Below are positions 1 to 12,395 of a stretch of 64,000 nt of DNA, piece after piece (position 1 is the first letter of the stretch; every line of letters begins with the position of its first letter). The position numbers were made by a program, and so were the translations under genes. The notes under the pieces were generated by a model, which saw nothing but the letters and a program-made list of their open reading frames with translations, was not told the origin of the DNA and did not search any database. Source of the DNA: Haliotis rubra (taxonomy: Eukaryota); assembly GCF_003918875.1 (NCBI RefSeq), contig NW_025767479.1, forward strand, positions 620,001 to 684,000. The letters are read 5' to 3'.

Positions 1-79
1 CTGGTCCAGACCCGATTATTTACAGACCGCCGCCATATACTAGTAGTTGGAATATTGCTGAGTGCAATTCACTCACTCA
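1..79 (+). mobile_element. Family A short retroelement, 3' part (cut by window edge)
   Basis: CTGGTCCAGAC.CGATTATTTACAGACCGCCGCCATAT...GGAATATTGCTGAGTGC plus an (ACTC)n tail, as in full copies. Confidence 0.8.
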
Positions 80-1049
80 TTACTTTGCGCTCTCGTGATT
101 GGCTGAAGGCCCTGACAAAGTGCATCCTAGTTTATCCAGTATGTATGTGGTATTGTGATAGAATACTATTAAGGAGGAGTCCAGATTGCACGAATACCAA
201 ACCCTGCAAGCCCTATGCATTAGGGCTCAGAGGAGGAAGACAATAGGAATATTTAACCTCTAGTGTTTCATGCATGCCTGATATATTCACACATGTCAAA
301 TCTAAATGTTAATAGTGCTATGGAATAATTTGGCTAATCGTGCGCAATATTGAACATAAATGTCCTCATTGAATATATAGAGTTTTACAAATGATTAAAC
401 AACTCGTATATTTATTTCAGTACTAAAATAAACACACGGTTGTCATCGGATTTGAAGCATTTCATATAATATGGCATCATTCCTTAGCGATGTTACATAG
501 CGCTCCAGCCGTCGTATTACTGCCATATTTTACACAGACCACGATACCCTCAGTGCTAGGATCGCACACGAAAGAAGGAGGAACGTTTGTCATGAAGAAG
601 CGTTCGTAAAATATGGACGTTACCACGATTCACTCGATTTCGCGTCTTAAAGCTCAAGGGTGAAGAAATACGCGTGCTCGGTGAATGAATTTCAATTTAT
701 CATCACTTGGAACCACTATTCTGAATTGAGAAAAGTTCATTCTTAAATATACTGCATGTACAACGAACTACTGCCCAGTATAGAAGTGTACTCATGTCTT
801 GTAATGTAATGCACAAGACTGACCTGTGGACGATCAGTTCTGGCAATAAGAAGTTTTGCGATACGCGGGTATTACAAGAAAATCAACCACTCTGAAATTT
901 GATAAACAGCCTCTGTCACCTTCATCCTCGTAAACTCGTTGTTCAGCTTCTATATCTTCAAATTCACAACAGACAATTTTTATGATAAAGGTTTGTTAAC
1001 TATTGGGATGAATCTGTAAATGTTTACTCATCTGATATCGTCCAAGGTA

Positions 1050-1262
1050 TGAGCGAGAACACTGTGTTATACAGCGACATTGAACACTATTCCAGTTATG
1101 TCACAGCAAGCAAACCAATGGCTACATGCACAGCAACGCAACACGCTATGAAGACGCCATGTCACGCAGTCAATCATCTTAGTTGCTAAACTGGATCACC
1201 CCGTTTTCGCACCCGGCTACAAACACAAGGTACTTGGGAACTGTTCTGACCCGGAATCCCTA
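1050..1262 (-). mobile_element. Old, strongly diverged relative of family A
   Basis: The minus strand reads GGGATTCCGGGTCAGAACAGTTCCCAAGTACCTTGTGTTTGTAGCCGGGTGCGAAAACGGGG at the head and ...CTGGAATAGTGTT.. near the tail, colinear with family A. Confidence 0.55.
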
Positions 1263-1361
1263 TTCGCTTATGACATCGATTAAATCATCGATTAAACTAT
1301 AACTGAACTTGTTGGAATATACATATATAAATAAACAGTGTTAGGTAATAACCCTTACAGG

Positions 1362-1586
1362 GGTGAAGATCCGGGTTAGAGTTTGTCTTCAACAACCCAT
1401 GCTTGTCGTAAGAGGCGACAAACGGGATCGGGGTGGTCAGGCTCGATGACTTGGTTGTCATCGTATGCCAATTGATCATGCTGTTGATCACTGGATTGTC
1501 TGGTCCAGACTCGATTATTTACTGACCTCCGCCATATAGCTGGTATATTGCTGAGTGCGGCGTAAAACAACACCAACCAAAACAAC
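1362..1586 (+). mobile_element. Family A short retroelement
   Basis: GTGAAGATCCGGGTTAGA...CCCATGCTTGTCGTAAGAGGCGAC...ATATTGCTGAGTGCGGCGTAAAAC plus a (CAA) tail; small internal deletions. Confidence 0.9.
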
Positions 1587-1799
1587 TATAGAGATATCTC
1601 GCTGAGTTTTAAAGCATCTTCATGTCAAACGGGTTAATTGTCTGTGGTCAGTCCGTCGTAAACCTTTATACAATGTTATGTATCCTTTACAATTGGCAGG
1701 CAACCTATATGCTGAATGATTAAGCTGTGACGTGATATGAACTGATCAGGGAATACATGGCGGACAAATTGTCGGTCATTTTACTACTTGAATGTAGAC

Positions 1800-2390
1800 T
1801 AGGGGTGGGTATTGCAGAGAATTTTCATATTGCGATGCGAAAGCATATATTGCGATATGTATTGCAATATATTGCAAGAATTATTTTTGAAAAAAAACTA
1901 CTTATAATCGAGTTAATGCTTGATTTATATAGCAAAAACACAACAAATCACTGTGCTTGATTAAGCTTTAATAAAAAACTTTTAATCATGACAAAATAAA
2001 TAATATTTGGCACAAATGAAACAAGGAAAAGAACAATCAACACAGTGGTTACTAGTTTGAACTAGTTTTTCCACTCTCCAAAAAAGCCCTGAGATTATGG
2101 ACAGCACCTTGACCTGGTCAGGACATATCAGATTACAGGTCATTAATGAGTATATATTTAAAACATTCAGATCCAGAACATTTGGGAACAAAACGTAAGA
2201 ACACAACTTCAAACCGAACCTAAACTTGACTTCCGGTGTGAAAAACGGAAATATCCGAAGACTTCCGAGTGTTACGTAGTTTCCCGAATGCATGTCGAAA
2301 TACCGGTTTTCGATCAGCGTATCGCAATACGTATCGATTTTATGTTAAAACCGGTAAATACCGGTAAACCGGTTTTATTGCGCAGCCTTA
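1800..2390. mobile_element. Non-autonomous hAT-like DNA transposon
   Basis: Perfect 8-bp TSD ATGTAGAC (1792-1799, 2391-2398). Imperfect termini TAGGGGTG...CAGCCTTA. Reiterated subterminal motifs ATTGCGAT/ATCGCAAT and ACCGGT. Confidence 0.8.
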
Positions 2391-3179
2391 ATGTAGACCT
2401 TCGAAAAATGTTCGATTACTCGGCTGCGTCACAGGAAAGGATGTTGAAATATGGTACTTTTTGTTATCTTGCCTTGTACTCCGTGTTAAATGCATTAAAC
2501 AAGGACTAGTCGGTTCGGGGACAGTAAAATGTGTCTGAGTAAGGGTATGGCACGGTATCTTGTTTGGCTAGCACAATAAAACCAGCATAGCCCCATTGAA
2601 CATTGAATTTTGGTTGGATGTTCGGAATTTGTATATGTGCAAAAAGTCTTTGGTAAGGTTGAAAGCATATCTGAACGTTCAAGATATGTTTCTAATAACT
2701 TGATTTTAGCATATTTACAAATCAGCAATCTGTATGATAAGATCATGTTTTCTGAAGTGGGATACACATGATGTTTGTAATCTGCAACATCTCTTTCATT
2801 GTTTTGGTTTAATATGGTTGGTTGGAAAAAAGAGATTGCTGATGTGGCGTTAAGCAATGGTCATTCACTCACTCACTCACATGTCAGGACTGGTTATCCG
2901 CGGTCCTCAATGGCACTGATCCTTGAAATATCAGCACTATTCCTACCGCCGTTGGATTCGCCTCTGAGGTGAACGTAACATAAAGCCGAAATTCCATCAC
3001 GTTTCCTAACTTTCTTGCCCTTGCAACGTTTCCAATACTACAGTCTGTACAAATATTTAGCTATTGGAGCATTGGCGAGTTTAATGAAGGTTTGTGAAAA
3101 CGGCTTTTTAATTTGTGGTGTGGAAAACAGCAGGACAGAAAATCGTGAAATTATTAACTTTTCCCTGCCAACAATTTTT

Positions 3180-3296
3180 AGCGTCTTGTTGTAAAAGCAT
3201 TCTCTCGTCACACCGAAAATCACGTTCGATTCCCCACCGGGATGCCATACGTGAAGCATATTTCTGGCGATCCCCCTTTTGATGTTGCTGAAATAA
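3180..3296 (+). mobile_element. Degenerate family B tRNA-SINE
   Basis: CTCGTCACACCGAA...GTTCGATTCCCCAC...GTGAAGC.TATTTCTGG is colinear with family B. Confidence 0.6.
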
Positions 3297-3510
3297 GACA
3301 AAAAGTGAAGTGAATTTGTTAGAATAAATATTTTCTTGCTAAGTATGTTGGTGTACATTTTGTTACCATTAACCAACTCGTCGTACGAGCCCACGCTTTT
3401 ACGAAAAACATTTTCAGTTTCATGCATCCTTTCTACGGGCTTACTTATGGCTCAGCAAAGAGTCTAAGCAGAGTTATCGAACCTGTGACCTCGTAAACGT
3501 TCTGTTGGCA

Positions 3511-3560
3511 GGTGCGCGCGTGACGTCACATAAACGGTAATGCGCCTGCGCATTTCCGGT
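3511..3560 (+). promoter_or_regulatory. Compact CpG-rich promoter of the zinc-finger gene
   Basis: Three motifs lie within 40 bp in an AT-rich background, just upstream of exon 1: CRE TGACGTCA (3521-3528), NRF1-type TGCGCCTGCGCA (3541-3552) and ETS-type ATTTCCGGT (3552-3560). Confidence 0.65.
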
Positions 3561-3673
3561 GGCCCAGACGAACGCCACAACTAGATCTAGTGATTGTTGA
3601 CAGAGTTGAAAATGCAAGAACACGTAAAATGCTGCTTTTCTTTTGGAGAATAATACTCTTCTAAATTTAAACT

Positions 3674-3737
3674 ATGCCCAAATGTCTACTAAACTCCGTA
3701 AGGGGTTACAAATCAGGAAAATACGTTGCTGGCAACG
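3674..3737 (+). CDS. Snail/Scratch-like zinc-finger gene, coding exon 1 (MPKCLLNSVRGYKSGKYVAGN + G)
   Basis: The ATG at 3674 lies ~115 nt downstream of a CRE/NRF1/ETS cluster. It opens 21 codons plus 1 nt, then the donor G|GTAGGT at 3737/3738. Phase 1 matches the acceptor at 6532/6533 (G+TG = Val). The MPK-x-x-L start is weakly SNAG-like. This exon is not in the ORF track. Confidence 0.7.
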
Positions 3738-4415
3738 GTAGGTTTGAAAATGAAATGTCAAATTCTAGTGGCACAGACGATTCACTGTTATGTTATGTCG
3801 TTTACTTTATGTTATCGTTCCGATTTCAAAGCGCAAATATTATATGGTAATCTCTTAATTAATGTTTGGAATGTACTTGGATAATTAACAATGAAATTAT
3901 CAAGAACCTTATGAGGTAAATTTGAGGACCAATCTACGCATAAATTTTCAGTATGACAGGTGCCCGAACATTTTTCTTTATAGCGAAAGCTAACGCTTCA
4001 AACCTGTTGGCGTCCTTTAATATCCATAGTCCGTACATTTATTATCATGTGGTAGTAATATTTAGCACATAAACTGAAATTCTAAACACATTGCAAACAA
4101 ATGATACATGTTTTTTCGATCATGAATAGGCCTAGCTGTCGTCTGCTGTCTGTCCAATTACTACGTCAACAATAAGCTTTTGAAGCAAGCTTGATAAACG
4201 ACTTTCATAAACGATTGTTATTCCATAAGTTACCAGTTTGATACCTCGTCGAACTTGGGCAGTGTCATGTTTTGGTAACTTTATTAAATACTTTGTCATC
4301 GAAGGACTGTAAAATAACTAGAGTATCACAGATAATGTCTAAAACTAGCATGGAAATCTAAAACTATAATATTTACGAAGACAATACAATATAAAAACAG
4401 GCTATAGATCTCCAA

Positions 4416-4416
<1 letters not shown>

Positions 4417-4459
<43 letters not shown>
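4417..4459. repeat. (TG)n microsatellite
   Basis: About 21 perfect TG units. Confidence 0.98.
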
Positions 4460-4460
<1 letters not shown>

Positions 4461-6165
4461 AGTAGTAACTCCCAAAATATTATCATACTTATAATGACAA
4501 TTAAAACTTTGTCACGGTGATTTGTATTATATTAATAACATGACGAAAAAAAAGAAGAAAATGCTTTATCACTTTTGAATTGCATCATGTTAAACCTCTG
4601 AATTTAAGAAAATATAAACTCCATAGCAAAATCACGCTATTTACCCCATATTCACCTGTCATCCGTAATCCTAATAGATGTGATAACTTAGATCAGTTCT
4701 ATTTTCACATGGGACCCATTAGTTAAATGGCAAAGTAAGTTTGAAAGTGAGCAGTGAATTCCCCCATTAACAATTGTAATATGAAAGTTTATGTAGGTAG
4801 GTACGTACAAATATTAAGCACTGTATAAATATAAATGTGGGTGCAACGGAATTGTTTGTGTAATAGATGATTGTGATTTATAGGAATACAAGAGGTTACC
4901 AAACACAGGTGTTATTTTTAGGAAGAACTCTCCTTTAAACCCATAAAACAACAACAAACATAAAACTATCATGTTTCGTCTCATAACATTCTTTTGAAAC
5001 CATATGTATTTCTTATAGTTAAAATTATGTTTCTGTACTGCTGGTACAACATGACTCTGCAGTGCAATAAAGTTTACATAAAACTCCAGGAATGTCAGAT
5101 GTGAGAGAACACACATTTTGAGATCAGATTTTGGCATAGCATCAGAAACATGGCCACTTGAACAGGTTAACAAGACACTGTTACACAAACACACATTCAT
5201 GGCGTCCAATATTTATAGTATAGTCATGTGTGACTTGTAATAAAATGTGTCCTATTTGAGGAATGTTCATTACACTAAGACTACTATGAAAACACATGAA
5301 ATGCTTCTTGTCAGGAAAAATAAGTAAATATACATGCAACACATTGATATGTCAAGCTTCAAATAATGATACAGTGCTTGCTTTCAAAAACTCATGAGCA
5401 ATGTTAAGTTTTAGGTTTTAGAGCTAATTATTTTGACAAATTGGAAGAATTATCTCTTTATATATCCATATGTTCCACACCTTAGACTGCATGAACCAGA
5501 CGAATGAATAACAGTGTTCACTGGGTTTCTTTACCCTATATTTCACCCTTGACCATTCAAGACAGAGGAACATGTACTAAAACTTGTATGTATGAATATA
5601 TGGAGTGAGTGGTATAATATAAAAGTGCATTGCTACAACATTTTCTATGAGTTTAAATATGTATTCCAAAGTTCAATACACAGTACATATCTATATCTCA
5701 AACTGAATGTGGATTTCGAATTAAGATGGACACTACTTTTGCGTTAAAGATGCAATCTTCGAAAAGTCATAACATTGTTTAATTTGTCCTTATATGCGAA
5801 ACCTTGCTTTCAGTTCTAGAATTCATGTGTGGCACATACCAATGAAAATGTGTGTGTGTCTGTGTCTGTGCGTGTCTGTTCCAAAAAAGGGGTTCACATC
5901 ATCTTGATATCAAACATTCACTGAGTGTCAACTATATTCACTGATATGCAAAGGATGCCATATGCTTCGGTTATTTGTATCTTTACTGGTATGAACAACC
6001 TGATGTATGAATATCTAACTGTGATGTGTTAACCCAGCACAATAACAATTGAGACAAGACTTAGGTTGCCCTTACATCACACTCTTCAAAAAGGTATGGG
6101 ATCACGAAATGTGAATGTTAATACCAAGTATTAGAACAAAGATAAGTGTTGACAACAAATGTCGT

Positions 6166-6313
6166 GGACAAGTGGCCAGTACGTTCACGGTTTCACAATC
6201 TGTGATAAGCAGGTACCAACGAACCCACGAGAATGGCGTTGACGATCGACCCCGTCCGGGGTGTCCCATTCCAACGACAAGAGTACAAGATTGTTTAATC
6301 CGAAACCAGGCTC
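6166..6313 (+). pseudogene. Tc1/mariner transposase N-terminal (HTH) relic in the zinc-finger gene intron
   Basis: QVASTFTVSQSVISR...GVDDRPRPGCPIPTTRVQDCLI matches the Tc1 pattern VA..F.VS...ISR...G.V.DRPRSGRPR.TT..QDR.I. No catalytic DDE domain follows. Confidence 0.7.
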
Positions 6314-6532
6314 AAAAAGCATTAAACCCTACATTCTTATTCATATATCATGAAATTATATATTGAGCCTTTGTTAGCTATTGGAATAGTGCCAGTTTCA
6401 GACCCTGCACCTCCGATGATCTCTTTGGTGTGTCAAAATATTTATGTTAGGACAGCTTGTAGGACATAAAACTCGTTTGGGTTCTAAATTTCTGAAAATT
6501 CTTTTGTACAATTTATGTTTCTGTATTTTCAG

Positions 6533-7668
6533 TGTACGACCCATTCGTCATGACCACTCGGTCCGGCCTGTCAATAAGTACTGCACCGCGTGGTCGTGTG
6601 ACCACAGTGGTGAGAAACATACCCTCCCCTGTACCCACCGACGAGCCACCACCCAGCGTGCCTCCTAAAAAGAAAAGTTTTCCAGTGAAGCATCGCCCTT
6701 TAAGTCACTTATCGTTTGTCACACGTTTCTATATCTGTCGTCGTCTGCCAGAACTTGACCTCGCAGGAGTTGGACCCCGAGACTTTGCCAACTGGCGAGA
6801 AGAGCTGATGGCCTTGAGAGAAGTTCATCGGTCAGAAAAAGAAGAAACGCCCGAAGCTTTGTCGCAGGGAGATGATTCGAGAGATGTCATGAGAAATACT
6901 GAAGATATTGATGAGCATATCAGTGTAGATGACATCGGTCTGAACAGCGAAACTGACTACAATTTGAAACACCCGACAGCACAGATACAAGATAGTGGAT
7001 CATATTATGACAAAATGCCAGTGGTGTTTTTGAACTCCCCATTATTACACAGAGGTCAAGGACTTCTGCAGAGTAACGTTAATACCAACAGGAACAACAA
7101 GACTTTTCAACCTCACAAGTCGACATCTAATGTGACAGGGGACTGTGGACCTTCCCAGGCGCTGCCATGTCAGAGCACCCATCAACAGTATTGTGAGCCA
7201 GAGGATGGTTTATCAAACTTGTTACTGGTAGACGATGATAGCCAAGATAGCAGAGATGATGCACGAAGTCTTTCTACCGAATATGAGAACCTGAGCGAGA
7301 GCGATGATAGTTCAGGTGAACAAGAACTTAGATGCCGAGATTGTGATGTGGAATTCTCATCTTTCTCTGCCTACAAAGCTCACATGTGGGTTCATGGCAA
7401 GACCAGGAACGAGTGTCACATTTGTGGCAAAATCTTTACACGGTCCTGGCTCCTCAAGGGTCACATGCGTACACATACAGGTGAACGCCCATTCCGCTGC
7501 TCATATCTTGACTGTGACAAAGCTTTTGCTGATAAGTCGAACCTTAGATCCCACATGCTCATCCACACAACACAGAACAAGACATATTCCTGTCCAAAGT
7601 GTTCTCGCGCCTTTGCCCAGAAGAGATACCTCCACAAGCACATGCTTGAAGTATGTCGTATCATCTGA
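6533..7668 (+). CDS. Snail/Scratch-superfamily C2H2 zinc-finger transcription factor, coding exon 2 (four C-terminal fingers)
   Basis: The acceptor TTTCTGTATTTTCAG ends at 6532 and the frame is open to TGA at 7666-7668. Fingers are CRDC..HMWVH, CHICGKIFTRSWLLKGHMRTH-TGERPF, CSYLDCDKAFADKSNLRSHMLIH and CPKCSRAFAQKRYLHKHMLEVC. They match the Snail/Scratch signatures RPWLLQGH, AFADRSNLRAH and the Scratch-type C2HC last finger. Confidence 0.93.
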
Positions 7669-8079
7669 CCTGCGGGTTGTTCTTTTCGAGACACCCTCTG
7701 TGAAGTTTTAAACATTGTTAAGATATTATACCCTTTTTATTGCATGGAAGCACGTCTTGTTTCACATGCATATCCTGTTACTATCAATTTGACATTTGTA
7801 CCAAAGTATAAATCTATAACATTGATTTCTGACTTAATAATTGTACATATTCGTGACATATTTAATCTAAATTATGTGATTGTGCTTGATCGTAAAAAAT
7901 GTACATATATGAATTTTATGTTAATAATATTGTTTTGTTTAGTCACTTGCATGTTTCCTTCAGTAGTTTGGGTTTGGGACTAAGGTCAATCGGACATATC
8001 CCTTGATTTTAGAGCATGAGCAGAGTCTTAGTGCTCCTTTAACATTGCATGAACTGTTCTCAGATGATCTACTTGTCAG

Positions 8080-8085
8080 AATAAA
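8080..8085 (+). terminator. Candidate polyadenylation signal of the zinc-finger gene
   Basis: AATAAA ~410 nt after the stop codon, following an AT-rich 3'UTR-like stretch. Confidence 0.45.
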
Positions 8086-9118
8086 TTGTCACCATCTACA
8101 CCCGTGTATATATTTTAGAATGAAAACGTTCTTTAATCTTCTGCTGGCACTAATCTGAAAGTGGAAGGTATTTTAAACCGGAATGTTTCGGATACTCTAA
8201 ATTTAATGTAAATAGAAAACAAAAGTCTGGGAATGTGTACCAACAGTAACGAAATTTCGTACTTTTTGGATTCAGCACATGCGCCGTATTTTGCAAAGTA
8301 ATTATAACCCTGTCTTGCACATGCTTTTAAATTCCCTCGTACGGCAGATTTGACTGTGTAAACTTCTGAACATGCTGAAATAGCCAGGCTGAGGGAGCTT
8401 ACCTTGCCTGTAGTTCAATCGTACGATGTCATCCTGTTATGATTCTCATGTTCATTTCTCCGTCAATATTTATGCAGGAATCTGGATGGCGAAGTGATTT
8501 AGAGTATTGTCTGCTTACAATACGAAAGCTTACACGCTTTCAGTCCTATGATGACCAACATAACTTTGCTGACGTGCATCATGTTGGTGCTATAAGTATG
8601 CGAAATAATCATGTCCTATAGTGCGAGTTTGCTACCTTGCACTAAAGAATACTTTGCAAACATGGTAAAACACATTGTGTCTGCGAGTGTGTCAGAAAGA
8701 AACAGGGCATGAAACATTGGCATCCTATATTGACACCTGACAAGCATGACATACAATGGCATTTTCGACAAGCTCAGACTGTCCAAATCAGTGAAAATAC
8801 CTACACATGGCGAGCTCTAAAATATCAAAAGACTTCACGTGTTTAGAAGCATTTTTCCTCTTTCAAAGTAATGCAAACAAATTGTGAGATTATATTTAGG
8901 ATAGTGGGGTGCTAATGACCAGTTGAGATGATAATCAGATCAATAATAGAATAACATACAAGCACATAAACTATATTACTTTGCCTTGGGAGGAGGTCGA
9001 AATAAAGACACACAACACCTTGCGGAGTTAGTATCTACACCAAAAGATTAATTTGTTTCTTTAAATTTGACTGTCGTGAGTGTTACCAACGCTTTCTTGA
9101 GTGTTATCATTTGAATTT

Positions 9119-9140
9119 GAGAGAGAGAGAGAGAGAGAGA
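9119..9140. repeat. (GA)n microsatellite
   Basis: 11 GA units. Confidence 0.95.
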
Positions 9141-9369
9141 AGGTATTCTTTTGTTTGTATATAATTATAAGCGCTGACAGAAAAGGCATGTGCTCCAGTC
9201 GAAAAAGGATTGTACTGGCTCGGTGGGGTTTAAGTCTCTCAAGCGCCATTTGGTGTGTTAGGTACATTTTATGACTGATACATTATATCGGTCAATGATT
9301 TACACTAAATAGGTTACAACAATGTCTCAAACTCGCACGCGGCCCGTGTTAGCCCTAAAGCATCACTGG

Positions 9370-9540
9370 AAATTTGGTAAATGACGACTTGAATGAATCC
9401 TGCGGCCAGGCTATATGACGTGTTGAATGTGTGTCACCGTAACCTAACGGCGTTAAACGATGATCATAACATCAACCATTGTTTATCGTGATTGGCAGCA
9501 ATATCGCTGAGCGCGACGTTTACAAGAATTTACTCAATAC
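9370..9540 (+). mobile_element. Highly decayed family A-like fragment
   Basis: GG.CAGGCT...TGAC..GTTGA...TGTCA.CGTA and AATATCGCTGAGCGCGACGTTTA resemble the family A body and tail. Confidence 0.4.
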
Positions 9541-10739
9541 TTACGGTTTAAACAGACGCCAGATTGTTGAGCAATCACGCTAGCCCCTTTTTCAATGATG
9601 AATAATACCTCTTAGCTTAAACACACAGTCTATAATAAGATTGTCTTAAACTGGAAACACATGCAAACTAAATATCACATACAACTGATAGTGCATTACA
9701 GAGTGAACTGATGGTTTGTGTGTGGAATTACACAGAAGAATGTACATTTGTAATCTGGAAGTACATACGTTCTCCATCGCATTACGTACCACGTCCCGAC
9801 CCCCTGCTCTGAAGTCGGATCCCCGGGGTTAAGATAGCTGATTGTGGGTAATATTACACTGCAAAACGTTTCTACTAATGCATCTACCGTAAGTTTACAG
9901 CTAAATGAGATAATCATAGTCCCATGTTCGTACATTATCCTGGAGATGTTCTTAACACAGCTGAAAGGAAAATGACGTAACTTTGTGTCTTGAAAGCACC
10001 ATTTGTCCATTCACACGTCCAGTATTGGTTTCTGCAGACATTTGAGGATTATCATCTAATTAATCGCATATGTTGATAGAAAGTATAGCCGGGATGTCAC
10101 ATGTATATACTTACTCCAGATATACATAATCGTGAAGGCCAAGTCATGTGTTTAATTATGGAAATTGTACTGTTCATGCGTATATGTTTCCAAATCTAGT
10201 AAAGCAAGTTATGCGTGAAGTTCTAACCAGGTGTGGCTATTCAATCTGTCCGTGTATGCAAACTTGAAACTAACACGTGCAACAGGTGTGTCCTCAATTC
10301 ATTGGAAACTGCCTGTTTTCCATGTTGCACGTTTCTCTGAATGAAGCAGAACACCCATCGTTTACACATGCAACTTATAATTTCCCTCATGCACTGTTAG
10401 TCGAATTCAGTCATGGTTTTTTTTCCACTTTACACGCAGTTGGTATATGTAATCATGATCTTCGTCGCGTGATCTATGCTTGCAGACACGTGTAGTTTAT
10501 GTGCGATTGAAAACTAAAATAATCTGTTAAACGTGTTGTACAGCTGCATATCAGTTTGTTATTGTTTCCAACATTTTATTGATACTACTTATATGCAGCG
10601 CCATAAAAATATAGATATGTTGAAACTGAAGTATAGACGACATGCTGCACTGAACTTGTTAAGAAAACGACACAGTGTGGAGGGCTGATCGATTATTGAT
10701 TGAAGTCAGTGAGTTGGTATAAACGTTGTATGGAGATGA

Positions 10740-11978
10740 ACTGCCTCCCCAAGCGTGTCTCCTGGTGATGTTCCTAGCTTCCCTGACGATACTGCAGTCT
10801 GCCTGCCCGCTTGCCACACGTTAGCGTGCGCTTCTCTCTCATTACCAGATGTTGGAAGGAATCGCTTCCCTGCCGACCAACCAGCCGGTCAGCGAGGAGA
10901 GAGCGAGCAGCCGACAGATCCCGAGCAGCGCCGAGCTTCACAGGAACACACGGAACATCTCTCACTATTGAAATAGCGTATATCTTCTCGGGTTCCTTTT
11001 CAGACCGATCGACCTTCTTACCCAATCGTCTCTCGCGGCCATATATGGGTAACCAACCTCCCATACACATGTAGAAGCAAGATTCTATGGCGGACATTTT
11101 CGCATAATTTATTCACCCTGACGGAGGAGAATTTCGCATCGCCCCGTACCATCCTTCCCCGTGGAATATGATTAAATTTATCACCTCACGGGTTGGAAAT
11201 TTTGGGGTTGATCCACCGCGGTGTTTCGGAGCCAGGGCAACTGAGGCGAAAGAAAGGTTTTGATTCCATCAGGTGCAAACCTTTAACCTTGCGCGCCGCT
11301 CAACGAGCGACGTATCGTTTGATTAAACGTGGATCAGAGGACGGATGGCTCTATATACAGTGTGAGTACTGTTGTGTGCTGCCTGCCTATACCTTGTGTG
11401 TGTCTGTTGTCTTCTTCTCTACTGCATTTACCGTCAGCTGCAGTAGCGGATTGCCACAGCCCTCCCTCGCTCGTACAAGGGGGACGTTCCCACATACATA
11501 CACTGGGGAGTTCACAACATGTGTGTCGGGCCGACTACAATTGAGAGGAATTAACGTTGGATATTAGCGTAATAATTCTGGATCGGCGTTTCGTTTGATT
11601 TCGTATGCTCCAGGTTAAACGACTGCTACTGTTATGGCATTAATTTCGTGTTGTGTGTCCTAATATATCTGTCCTTTTGAGTGGAACTGACCGTCTGTTT
11701 TATTTCGTTTGCAGTTGTTGCATTTCGTGCTATCGAGCTGGAGTAGCGTGTTAGGCGTGATCATGTCAGGTAGGCCGGTGATGGTGTCGCCCTGCCCTGC
11801 CACCCATAACCTGGCCAGCATACGCTACCCTGTCCCACAACTCAGTCACGTCGCCGGCATGTGAGGGTAGGCCAGCTCAATCACGGACATTCAGGAGAAA
11901 TATCTACTGTTAACCTTATCATCAGCTGATTTATTGACACTGACTCGCCTCATGTTCATCAACGATCAAACAAACTAA
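10740..11978 (+). promoter_or_regulatory. Putative junctophilin promoter / 5'UTR region
   Basis: The region is locally GC/CpG-enriched and free of recognisable repeats. A strong acceptor TTTTATTTCGTTTGCAG ends at 11714, so the ATG exon probably starts at 11715 with a non-coding exon upstream. The TSS cannot be determined. Confidence 0.4.

Positions 11979-12395
<417 letters not shown>

Noticed and set aside
6532-6534. GTG start of the 378-aa ORF
   Set aside because: The G is the last base of the intron acceptor AG. The start is better explained by the exon at 3674.
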